Origin: a virus
Length of the DNA stretch: 64,000 bases
IMG/VR virus record: IMGVR_UViG_3300037010_003037
Span: 32,001-96,000 of that record
Reading direction: 5' to 3' (one strand)
In this document: piece by piece, positions 37,927-46,739 of the stretch
Layout: each line of letters begins with the position of its first letter
Position numbering within the stretch: position 1 is the stretch's first letter
Program-made: the position numbers and the translations under genes
Notes under the pieces: model-generated
Databases searched by the model: none
What the model was told of the DNA's origin: nothing
The model's input: the letters and a program-made list of their open reading frames with translations, nothing else

Positions 37927-39405
37927 ATGAATATTTGGGGCATAAATGCAATGAATCACGATGCTTCAATAAGCGTCGTGGATTCTGATACTGGATCTAT
38001 CCTTTTTGCGGGACACGCAGAACGTTATAGTAGAATAAAAAATGATCCAAACTTAAATGAAGGGTTGATAGCTGACGCATGTCAGGTTGGTAAACCTGAT
38101 ATTATAGTTTGGTACGAAAACCCATATGGAAGAAAGATACGTAACCTTCTAAGTGGAGATTTTGAATCTTTTTTTACATGGGAATCTCCGCAAAAGTATC
38201 TTAAAGCATATGGAATTGACGCACCGGTAAAGTATTCAAATCACCATGCTTCACATGCTGCTGGTGGTTTTTACACATCAGGGTTTAATGATGCTGCCAT
38301 TCTTGTTGTTGATGCTATAGGAGAAATGTCAACTGCATCTATTTGGCACGCGCGTGGGGAAAAACTTACTAAAAAATGGTCTTTAAATTATCCCCATTCA
38401 GTTGGGTTGTTTTACAGCGCCATAACAGATCTAGTAGGTTTGAAGCCAAATGAAGAAGAATACATTCTTATGGGAATGGCCGCGTACTCAAAGCACAACT
38501 ATATTCTAACTGATTATGTGCTTAACACGTTCTTTAAAGATGACCTATGTCTAAAGCAAAGATTCAATTTTCATCGTGGTGTAAGAGGTGATAGTTTTCT
38601 TCAATATGTTGCTTCTACAGAGCAAGGAAAATATGATCTTGCTGGAATGGCACAAGAAATTGTTGAAATGTGCGTTCAACGACTTGTTGATATGACAGAG
38701 GATTTTGTGGACTCTGAAAATCTGGTGTATTCTGGTGGAGTTGCGCTAAACTGTGTAGCAAATGAAAAAATACAGCATAATTATAAAAACGTTTGGATTT
38801 TGCCTAATCCTGGTGATGCCGGAAATTCGCTTGGAGCCATAGCAAACTACCTTAGAAAACCACTTAAGTGGAATGGACCTTTCTTAGGTTATGAAATTAA
38901 AAAAGCACTTGATGTTGATGCTATAGTAGAAGAATTACTAACTACTGGTATTTGTGGCGTCGCACACGGAAGAGCCGAGTTTGGCCCGCGCGCATTTGGT
39001 AACAGATCACTTCTTGCAGATCCACGCAGACCGGATATCAAGGATAAAGTAAACAGCATTAAGAGACGTCAAAAATTTAGACCTTTTGCCCCTGCTGTTT
39101 TATCTAGGTTCGCTAACGAGTACTTTTATCTTGACGATACTAGCAAAGATGCTAAGTACATGCAATATGCTGTACCAGTAATTGTTGATAATCTACCAGC
39201 AATCACACATGCTGATGGAACTGCTAGGGTACAAGTTGTTTCTGATGAAGCCACTACACTTAATCAAATTCTCGAGGCATGGTATGTAAAAACTGGTTGC
39301 CCGGTTTTACTAAACACTTCTCTAAACATAAAAGGAGAACCATTAGTGAACACGTGGGAAGATGCTGTTAGATGGCAGAATTGTTACAATGTTAAGGTTT
39401 TTTGA
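37927..39405 (+). CDS. Carbamoyltransferase (CmcH/NodU family)
   Basis: HDAS, ERYSRIK, HHASHAA, VDAIGE, MGMAAY, GGVALNC, GDAG, EFGPRAFGNRS, FRPFAP, LLNTSLN. Confidence 0.95.
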   Translation: MNIWGINAMNHDASISVVDSDTGSILFAGHAERYSRIKNDPNLNEGLIADACQVGKPDIIVWYENPYGRKIRNLLSGDFESFFTWESPQKYLKAYGIDAPVKYSNHHASHAAGGFYTSGFNDAAILVVDAIGEMSTASIWHARGEKLTKKWSLNYPHSVGLFYSAITDLVGLKPNEEEYILMGMAAYSKHNYILTDYVLNTFFKDDLCLKQRFNFHRGVRGDSFLQYVASTEQGKYDLAGMAQEIVEMCVQRLVDMTEDFVDSENLVYSGGVALNCVANEKIQHNYKNVWILPNPGDAGNSLGAIANYLRKPLKWNGPFLGYEIKKALDVDAIVEELLTTGICGVAHGRAEFGPRAFGNRSLLADPRRPDIKDKVNSIKRRQKFRPFAPAVLSRFANEYFYLDDTSKDAKYMQYAVPVIVDNLPAITHADGTARVQVVSDEATTLNQILEAWYVKTGCPVLLNTSLNIKGEPLVNTWEDAVRWQNCYNVKVF

Positions 39406-39448
39406 TAACTCTTGTTACAATTTAACATTATCTGTTACACTTTAACAG

Positions 39449-39477
39449 TTCACAGCTGGTTCTAGGTGGTGTATAAT
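39449..39477 (+). promoter_or_regulatory. Early/sigma70-type promoter
   Basis: gTTCACA-N17-TATAAT. Confidence 0.6.
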
Positions 39478-39503
39478 TACACATCACTCACTAATGTGCT
39501 GTT

Positions 39504-39815
39504 ATGTCCTACAAGCTTTTCATTGATGATGAACGCTGGCCTATTGATGATGGAACGACATGGGTGATAGCTCGGTCTTCTGCTGATGCTATCACAGCGG
39601 TTGAGTGTCTGGGTGTGCCAGAATATATCAGCTACGATCATGATCTTGGCGGTGATGATACTTCCATCAAGTTTATCTGGTGGTTGATTAACGCGTACTT
39701 GGACAAAAAGATCACAACATTTCCAATCAATTATTATGTGCACAGCCAAAACCCAGTTGGCGCGGAAAACATTCGCTCTCTGTTGTTTAGTTTTATCGAA
39801 TCTGAAGTAAAATAA
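39504..39815 (+). CDS. Cyclic-phosphate-processing receiver-like domain protein
   Basis: LFIDDER...ISYDHDLG...VHSQNPVG. Confidence 0.75.
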   Translation: MSYKLFIDDERWPIDDGTTWVIARSSADAITAVECLGVPEYISYDHDLGGDDTSIKFIWWLINAYLDKKITTFPINYYVHSQNPVGAENIRSLLFSFIESEVK

Positions 39816-39882
39816 TGTAACTCGACGTGAATTTTTAATTCACAGATGATACAATAGCTTCTAAACTTAAAGTGAGATTAAA

Positions 39883-41025
39883 ATGCTGCACATCTCTAAC
39901 ATCGATGAATTTCGTTCCCATGTAGCGCACAAGGAAGAAATCCGTGAAATGGATATCGGTTTTGATTCCATTTCTTTCTGCTACATGGTCGCTGCTGAAA
40001 AAACGTTTGATGATGCGTGGGCACTCGAGTGTCGTGGCATTGTTTTTGATAAAGTTTCTGGTCGTGTGAGTGGTCGACCATTGCACAAATTTTTTAACGT
40101 TGGTGAACGAGAATCCACGCTTCCTGAAAATCTTGATTGGTCAAAGGTTGTGCGTGTTATGGATAAGCGTGATGGATCACTAATTCATACGGTGCAGACG
40201 GCTCATGGTGTTAGGTTAAAATCTAAGAAGACATTTAGCTCAGCCGTTGCGCTAGCTGCTGAAAAATGGATGCGTGAACAGCCGGGTCAGCACGTCCTAT
40301 CTTTTGCTAACTTTGTCACTGCTCAAAATTTAACAGCTATCTTTGAATGGACGGCGCCGGATGCTCGCATTGTGCTGTTCTATCCAGAAGCTGAACTACG
40401 ATTGTTGCATATTCGTCATAATGAAACTGGCGATTATGTTGCTGGGAACATCTTAAAAGAATGGGCTGAAAAATTTAACGTGAATGTTGTTGATGAAGTT
40501 GATGAATTCTTTGAAGCCCAAGGTAGTCAGACCACATTCAATCATCGCAAGATGTTGGAAGCAGCGAAGACTCGCGAGGGTATTGAAGGCTGGGTTGTCC
40601 AGTTCGAGAATGGTGACATGGTCAAGGTAAAGACCGATTGGTACCTAAAACGCCACCATGCAATGACATTTCTTCGTGAACGAGATATCGCGCAACTAGT
40701 TTTGGACGAAAGCTTGGATGACATGAAGTCGCTGCTGGTTTCAGAAGGCGTCAACATTAATGAAATTCTTGAGATTGAAGAGCGTGTTCTTCATGACCTA
40801 CGCGAAATTGCGTTGACTGTTGACATGATCTATAGTGAAGATAAGGACTTGCCACGAAAAGATTTTGCGATCAAGCACAGCTCACACAAGTACTTTGGTA
40901 TGCTGATGGCAAAGTACAGTGGTAAAGAGCCTTCGTTTAAGGACTACTTCGCGCGCAATGTGTTGAAGAACAACTACAGTCTGCGTCAGTTAGTTCTTGT
41001 TCCTTCAGTTGCTGAAGGTGATTAA
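39883..41025 (+). CDS. RNA ligase 1 (T4 RnlA family)
   Basis: ECRG, KFFN, motif I KRDGS, FEW, EGWV, KVKTDWY. Confidence 0.88.
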   Translation: MLHISNIDEFRSHVAHKEEIREMDIGFDSISFCYMVAAEKTFDDAWALECRGIVFDKVSGRVSGRPLHKFFNVGERESTLPENLDWSKVVRVMDKRDGSLIHTVQTAHGVRLKSKKTFSSAVALAAEKWMREQPGQHVLSFANFVTAQNLTAIFEWTAPDARIVLFYPEAELRLLHIRHNETGDYVAGNILKEWAEKFNVNVVDEVDEFFEAQGSQTTFNHRKMLEAAKTREGIEGWVVQFENGDMVKVKTDWYLKRHHAMTFLRERDIAQLVLDESLDDMKSLLVSEGVNINEILEIEERVLHDLREIALTVDMIYSEDKDLPRKDFAIKHSSHKYFGMLMAKYSGKEPSFKDYFARNVLKNNYSLRQLVLVPSVAEGD

Positions 41026-41099
41026 CTAACTGAAGCTAAATAACTTCCAGTTTTCTACATTTCAGGTCAAGCACTTAAGGAGCATGCATAAACTCAAGA

Positions 41100-41128
41100 T
41101 GTACATTTTTGTCGAAAAAGAGTATAAT
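41100..41128 (+). promoter_or_regulatory. Early/sigma70-type promoter
   Basis: TGTACA-N17-TATAAT. Confidence 0.5.
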
Positions 41129-41332
41129 CATACTATGACTGGACAGGCTGCTATGAAAAACACTCAAAACGTAGTACCAAGATTGCTGATGAATCTTTCA
41201 TCTAATGAAAGAACTATGAAAAATGATTTGAAATCAAAATCTAACGGAACTAAACACAATAATAGAAAGAACAAACAAGTGATACCAGCGTTGTTCAAGC
41301 CATTTGTCTGTAACCATAATCTAGGGTGCTAA

Positions 41333-41605
41333 ATGTTCAACATTGAAAAAATTCAAAACAACAACGTGAAAGCGTTAGCTGAACTATGCGTTGTCCAACA
41401 CAGCAATTCTGGGACGTCTATGGCTAATGAATTCGACTTGGAAAAATTTGCGATGCTTATCGTGAGTGAGTGTATTAAGTCCATTGAAACGTATGAAATT
41501 CCAGTAGGCAACAGCCCAGCTGGGGAAATGGCGTTTGAATGGACATATGATGCTCTAGCACAAATTCGAGATGACATTAATGAAAAATTTATGGTGAATA
41601 AATGA
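41333..41605 (+). CDS. Hypothetical phage protein
   Basis: LEKFAMLIVSEC pattern of small phage ORFs. Confidence 0.65.
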   Translation: MFNIEKIQNNNVKALAELCVVQHSNSGTSMANEFDLEKFAMLIVSECIKSIETYEIPVGNSPAGEMAFEWTYDALAQIRDDINEKFMVNK

Positions 41606-41754
41606 GTGAGCTTGCTATTATTGGAATTATGCTTTTTGCATGGTTTCAGGGGTTAATTGTCGGTTACATCATGTGGGGCCCTGATTCTGAATTCAAGCGG
41701 GGCTTCATTGATGGAATTACTCTTAAATTTATTTGGAAACGGTTGGTCAAATGA
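41602..41754 (+). CDS. 50-aa membrane peptide (below ORF-track cutoff)
   Basis: MSELAIIGIMLFAWFQGLIVGYIMWG...RLVK*; overlaps both neighbours. Confidence 0.6.
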   Translation: MSELAIIGIMLFAWFQGLIVGYIMWGPDSEFKRGFIDGITLKFIWKRLVK

Positions 41755-41957
41755 TTCAAATTGTCTTTCCTGAAAAATGGCAGTGCGAAATTGCTGATAT
41801 GCTTTGGGCTGCTGAATCGTATGACGAAGTTCAATCAATCATTGAAACATATGGTGTTGAGGCAGAAGTTGTTTATGAAATGATCATCGCTGCTACACTT
41901 GATGAAGAAGATCTTGACTTGACGCTCGCGCAAGAAGTTATCCGGAGCGTGAAGTGA
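41751..41957 (+). CDS. Hypothetical acidic protein
   Basis: ATG at 41751 overlaps the upstream TGA. Confidence 0.6.
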   Translation: MIQIVFPEKWQCEIADMLWAAESYDEVQSIIETYGVEAEVVYEMIIAATLDEEDLDLTLAQEVIRSVK

Positions 41958-42012
41958 GAATGAAAAACAAAAAGCATAGCATTAATTCTTTCTAAAATAG
42001 CATAAGTCAAAT

Positions 42013-43101
42013 ATGAGAAAATTAGTTACAATCAGAAAAATCAATGATTTGTCCCCCATTTTGGGTGCTGATAACATTGAAGTTGCATCTATTGATGGGT
42101 GGAAAGTTGTAGTTAAGAAGGGAGAGTTCAAAGTCGGAGATCCCTGTGTGTATTTTGAAATTGATAGCTTCCTTCCTGAATCTGATCCGCGCTACGCGTT
42201 CATTATGAAAAGTGGTGTTCGGGAGTTCGAAGGGATTCGTGGGCACAAGCTGCGCACGGTAAAACTTCGCGGTCAAATTAGTCAAGGTTTGGCTTTGCCA
42301 TTAGGTCAAGCTAATAACACGATGTTTCCGGAAATCTGGCAGTATTTGCGGGATCACCATTTTGACGAAAATAATCCATACGAGGCTGACTTCAGTGCAC
42401 TGTTGGGAATTAAAAAATGGGAACCACAACTACCTGCTGAGCTAGCTGGTCAAATTAAGGGGGTATTCCCGAGTTTTATTCGTAAGACAGATCAGGAACG
42501 GTGTCAAAATCTTATTGATGAGATCTTTATTGACAATGCCGATTCAAAGTATGAAGTCACCATTAAGCTAGATGGAACTAGCGCTACTTTCTACCATCAT
42601 GACGGTTACACTGGAGCATGTAGTCGGAATTTTGAGATGAAGATTTGCGATGAAAATGCTACAAACACTTATGTTAGAATCCTAATTGAAAGTGGATTGC
42701 AGACTGCTTTACCTAAGTTTGGTAACATTGCAGTGCAAGGTGAAATTATGGGCCCTGGGATTCAGGGAAACCGTGAAAAATTGAAGACAGCAAAATTCTT
42801 CATTTTTGACGTGTACTTGATTGATGAGAGTCGTTACATGACTCCTGTTGAACGTAAGAATTTTGTCAATGTGCTACTTCCTCAGTTGAACGCTGAATTG
42901 GTTTCTCATGTGCCTGTCATTGCTGAAGCGGCAAACTTGCGTGATACACTTGGAATTACAAACATTGAACAACTTTTGCAGTTCGCGGCTGGCAAGAGCC
43001 TAGTTCATCCTGTGCGTGAAGGTCTTGTTTTCAAGCGGGATGACGGTAACTTCAGTTTTAAAGCAATTAACAATGAATTTCTCGCAAAAGAAAAGGACTG
43101 A
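42013..43101 (+). CDS. ATP-dependent RNA ligase, DRB0094 family
   Basis: MRKLVTIRKI...GADNIE, YFEIDS, LRGQISQGL, KTDQER, motif I KLDGTS, QGE, REGLVFK, SFKAIN. Confidence 0.9.
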   Translation: MRKLVTIRKINDLSPILGADNIEVASIDGWKVVVKKGEFKVGDPCVYFEIDSFLPESDPRYAFIMKSGVREFEGIRGHKLRTVKLRGQISQGLALPLGQANNTMFPEIWQYLRDHHFDENNPYEADFSALLGIKKWEPQLPAELAGQIKGVFPSFIRKTDQERCQNLIDEIFIDNADSKYEVTIKLDGTSATFYHHDGYTGACSRNFEMKICDENATNTYVRILIESGLQTALPKFGNIAVQGEIMGPGIQGNREKLKTAKFFIFDVYLIDESRYMTPVERKNFVNVLLPQLNAELVSHVPVIAEAANLRDTLGITNIEQLLQFAAGKSLVHPVREGLVFKRDDGNFSFKAINNEFLAKEKD

Positions 43102-43198
43102 AATATTTTTCTAGACATGAGAATTTACTTGAAAACGTGATTAAAAATTGAAGTAAATAAGTCTATCTTCTTATAACAACCATACATGATAGATTAAA

Positions 43199-44539
43199 GT
43201 GCTAGATATTATCTTCATCTCATACGATGAGCCAAATGCTGATAAAAACTGGAAAAATCTAAAAGCTAGATTTCCATATGCAAAGCGCGTTCATGGTGTA
43301 AAAGGCATCGCGAACGCGCACATGGCTGCATGCAAAAAGGCAAACACACAGTTTTTCTACGTAGTAGATGCTGATGCTGAGATTTTAGATTCATTTAAGT
43401 TTGATTACAAACCTCCTGAATATGATTCAGAGTATGTTCACATCTGGCATGCTCTAAATCCGGCAACAGGGCAAGATTATGGGTATGGAGGTGTAAAGCT
43501 CTTTAATAAGAAGCATTTCCGCAACGTAAAGAACGCGCTAGATTTCTCTACCACGCTTACTAAAGATGTGAAAATTATAGATAAAATTGCATGCATTACC
43601 CGCTTTAATTCTGATGCTGTTAGAGCGTTCCGGGGTGCGTTTAGAGAATCTGTAAAGTTATACACTATCATCAATGATGAAAGCAAACCAGAAAATCAAC
43701 GAATTGAAGCTAGAAATAGGTTAGATAGATGGCTTAATCCTGTTCAGGATTGTGATTACCAAGAAATCATTGCTTTAGGTGCACGGGATGGTATAGAGCA
43801 AGCAAAACAGAGAGGTGATGATCTATCATTTATCAATGATCATGATCTAATGTTTAGAATGTTAATGACTGCGCACCCAGAAATTGATCCAAATATCGAG
43901 CCACAACTTAATGAAAATCATCCTATGAAGCACGAATTTTTCTTTACTACACGAATTGCTGGTGTTCTTTATGATAAGTTTATTGAAGAAAATCTCTCAT
44001 TAAATGAATTGCGAGATGCTCTTTCTGACGGTCAAATGTACAGCAAAACATGGCTAGTGGAGGAATTATCCAAACTGATTGAAAGCGGTAAAATTGAAAA
44101 GAAAGAAAAATACCATGTTGTAGTGCTGGGGGGTTGGATTGGGCTACTATCGCTCATGTTATTCACATGGGAATTTCCTGTATCTGTGATTAGTATTGAC
44201 ATTGATCATCGAGCTAATATGATTGCAGAGAAAATGAATTGGGGATTTGATTTTAAAGCTGTACATAATGATATGTATAACACTAACTACGCTGAGTTTG
44301 ACATTATTATCAACACATCATCAGAACACATTCCTGATATTCCAGCATGGCGGGCAACTATTCCTTCAAAAAAAATTGTCATTGTGCAAAATACTGATTA
44401 TGAAGATGGCGACGGGCATGTCTCTATAGTTAGCAGCTCAAATCAGCTTAGAAATAAGTTAAATCTCTCAGAAGTTTTGTATGAGGGAACTAGAAAATTC
44501 AATCAGTACAACAGGTTTATGATTATTGGAAGAACCTAA
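43199..44539 (+). CDS. Glycosyltransferase-like domain fused to a class I SAM methyltransferase-like domain
   Basis: N-terminal FISYDEP/VDAD/YGYGGVKLF; C-terminal VVLGGWIG, SIDID, IINTSSEH; GTG start. Confidence 0.7.
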   Translation: MLDIIFISYDEPNADKNWKNLKARFPYAKRVHGVKGIANAHMAACKKANTQFFYVVDADAEILDSFKFDYKPPEYDSEYVHIWHALNPATGQDYGYGGVKLFNKKHFRNVKNALDFSTTLTKDVKIIDKIACITRFNSDAVRAFRGAFRESVKLYTIINDESKPENQRIEARNRLDRWLNPVQDCDYQEIIALGARDGIEQAKQRGDDLSFINDHDLMFRMLMTAHPEIDPNIEPQLNENHPMKHEFFFTTRIAGVLYDKFIEENLSLNELRDALSDGQMYSKTWLVEELSKLIESGKIEKKEKYHVVVLGGWIGLLSLMLFTWEFPVSVISIDIDHRANMIAEKMNWGFDFKAVHNDMYNTNYAEFDIIINTSSEHIPDIPAWRATIPSKKIVIVQNTDYEDGDGHVSIVSSSNQLRNKLNLSEVLYEGTRKFNQYNRFMIIGRT

Positions 44540-44594
44540 TTCAAGATTACATTGTTGATGGCGGATGTGATATAATTATCTCTAAGGAGATTGT

Positions 44595-45071
44595 ATGGAA
44601 CTTCGCCTTTATGTTTTCATTAACTATCAGCTAAATTCAACACAACAAAATATACAAGCTGGGCGTGCAGCACTTAATCTTGTTGAAAAGTACACTGCAA
44701 AAGATAATCCTTTTAATGTGAGTATTGTTAAAGAGCACACTGATCTAGTTAAACTGTGGGCAAGTAGTAAAAATCTTTTTACGGTGGTTAATGCTGTGTG
44801 TATTCTTGAGCTTGCAAAAGCAACGAGCATTATCTCAAAGTCTGATTTTCCATGGGTAATTATCAGAGAAGATAAAGAAGATGGTAATCAACACCAAATG
44901 GGTGTTGCTGTTATTTTGCCAGACTGTATTTTTTCGGCAAACAAGAAACACCACGCAAATAATGTAATTGAATATTTTGAATACGTGGATAAAGATGAAA
45001 AACGATACGCATTTATGAAAGGTCAACCTCGTTTTGACCTTATCAAGCTAATTAAAACTTATCAGAAATAA
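44595..45071 (+). CDS. Hypothetical protein, possibly peptidyl-tRNA hydrolase 2-like
   Basis: RLYVFIN...QxxIQAG(R)A...W...FPW...ED...GVAVILP pattern. Confidence 0.4.
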   Translation: MELRLYVFINYQLNSTQQNIQAGRAALNLVEKYTAKDNPFNVSIVKEHTDLVKLWASSKNLFTVVNAVCILELAKATSIISKSDFPWVIIREDKEDGNQHQMGVAVILPDCIFSANKKHHANNVIEYFEYVDKDEKRYAFMKGQPRFDLIKLIKTYQK

Positions 45072-45078
45072 GATTTAT

Positions 45079-45666
45079 ATGATTGTAGGACTTTGTGGAA
45101 CACAAGGGACAGGTAAATCCACTATTTTGCAAGCTGCTGAAGCAGCAGGATTTAAGGTAGACTGTACCCAGGTGTCTCGTACAGTGCAGGCAAATCTTGG
45201 ATGGGATAAACTATCACGTGCTGAAGAATCTGTTGAAAACATGATGTTGCTTCAAAATGAGATAGCTAATGTCATGTACGACCGTGATATTAAGTATCTG
45301 GACAGTGATGAGGTTGTATTAGTTGAACGAACCCCAGCTGATGTGTGGGCATACACATGTGTTTGGTGTAAAAGAAACAATGTGTCTATTTCTATAAATC
45401 CATGGGCTGTGGATTACAAACACCGAATGCAGCGCATGTCAACCTTTTACACTCGCTTCATTATTGTTCCACAAGTTGCAGAAATTCCTTTTGTTGAGGA
45501 TCCACATCGAGCTGATTATGAAAGTCGTCAATATGTTGACAATATAATTCGTGATTTTTTAAAACGTGGTGGTTTACCATATAATGAAATGAAAACGATT
45601 AGTCGAGAAGAACGAAGTGCAGAAATTGCCGCTCTTCTCACTCTAATAAAAATGGAAAAAACATGA
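45079..45666 (+). CDS. P-loop nucleotide kinase-like protein
   Basis: GTQGTGKST; ERTPADVWAY. Confidence 0.75.
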   Translation: MIVGLCGTQGTGKSTILQAAEAAGFKVDCTQVSRTVQANLGWDKLSRAEESVENMMLLQNEIANVMYDRDIKYLDSDEVVLVERTPADVWAYTCVWCKRNNVSISINPWAVDYKHRMQRMSTFYTRFIIVPQVAEIPFVEDPHRADYESRQYVDNIIRDFLKRGGLPYNEMKTISREERSAEIAALLTLIKMEKT

Positions 45667-46304
45667 AAAAGAAAGTTGTTCAACAAATGCATCAGTTTGG
45701 TTTGTGCATTGACTGGGAAACTAGTGGGGCTGACTTCGGTAAGGATAGTTCACAACATTATCAAGGACTGTCTTTTGGAGCAGTAGTCTTTAAGACTGAG
45801 GACTTTACAATTGTAGAAGAAATGTATCAAGAGATTAAGTTTAACGGTTCTAAATGGGAGTGGTCTGAAGATGCTGAAAAAATTCATGGTCTAACTCAAG
45901 AGTATCTTGAGCAAAATGGTGTGTCACAGGAAGATGCTGCTATCGCACTCGCAGAGCTGATTCTTAAGTACTGGGGTCCAGAAAATAAGGTGATGTTTCT
46001 TGGACATAATCCAGAATTTGATATTCGTTTTACAAATCAACTTATGAACCAGATTGAGATTGAGTTCTCTGTTGAGAAGAAAACTGATTTTACTAGCTGG
46101 ATTCAGTTACATCATGTGGTACTCGATACCTCAGCTGCAGGATTTATTACAACTGGCATTTATAAATCTGATTTGCTTTTTGAAAAGATGGGATTTGCAG
46201 AACGTGATAAACATAATGCGCTTGAAGATGCACGCCAGACAGTGATGACTTGCGCTATTCTTCGTGAATTAACTAAAATCGGTATGGAAAGTGTGGGTCT
46301 ATGA
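45663..46304 (+). CDS. DEDDh 3'-5' exonuclease
   Basis: IDWETSG, IHG, GHNPEFD, LDT, HNALEDA. Confidence 0.88.
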   Translation: MKKKVVQQMHQFGLCIDWETSGADFGKDSSQHYQGLSFGAVVFKTEDFTIVEEMYQEIKFNGSKWEWSEDAEKIHGLTQEYLEQNGVSQEDAAIALAELILKYWGPENKVMFLGHNPEFDIRFTNQLMNQIEIEFSVEKKTDFTSWIQLHHVVLDTSAAGFITTGIYKSDLLFEKMGFAERDKHNALEDARQTVMTCAILRELTKIGMESVGL

Positions 46305-46504
46305 CAACATATGTGTATGATGGTATTGAAGTTAGAAAAACCGGCCGAACCGCATCAAAAGAATCTCCTACGTTAAGAGGAAAAAGATTCGTTACCTTGA
46401 TTGAAATTACCCCAGTTGGGGATGATGTCGGATGGAAAAAATGGGTTGATGAAAATTCACTTTATGTTGTTGAGGAAAACAAGGAAAACAATGAAAACAA
46501 TTAA
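46301..46504 (+). CDS. Small hypothetical protein
   Basis: 67-aa ORF with ATGA overlap. Confidence 0.65.
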   Translation: MTTYVYDGIEVRKTGRTASKESPTLRGKRFVTLIEITPVGDDVGWKKWVDENSLYVVEENKENNENN

Positions 46505-46739
46505 GTACTATCAAATTTCAGGATTTCAGCTGTTTGTTATGGCTATAATCGTTGGCGTTATTTCTGCGGCACTTATCACGATAAATACAGCTGTGCAAGA
46601 ATATTTGCAACTACCAATGGTGCACATGTCAAAAGATGGGCAATGCACGGTGGTCTCTAATTACAAAAATGGAGATGCTTTCACATGCAATGATGTAGAT
46701 GTAATTCTCCGAAAATATAGAACGACTAAACAAGAATGA
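46491..46739 (+). CDS. Small membrane-anchored protein
   Basis: Probable start 46491 after AAGGA; N-terminal TM segment. Confidence 0.6.
   Translation: MKTIKYYQISGFQLFVMAIIVGVISAALITINTAVQEYLQLPMVHMSKDGQCTVVSNYKNGDAFTCNDVDVILRKYRTTKQE

Noticed and set aside
41084-41332. 82-aa ORF as a confident gene
   Set aside because: Its 5' part overlaps a promoter and it has no recognisable motif; start and coding status are uncertain
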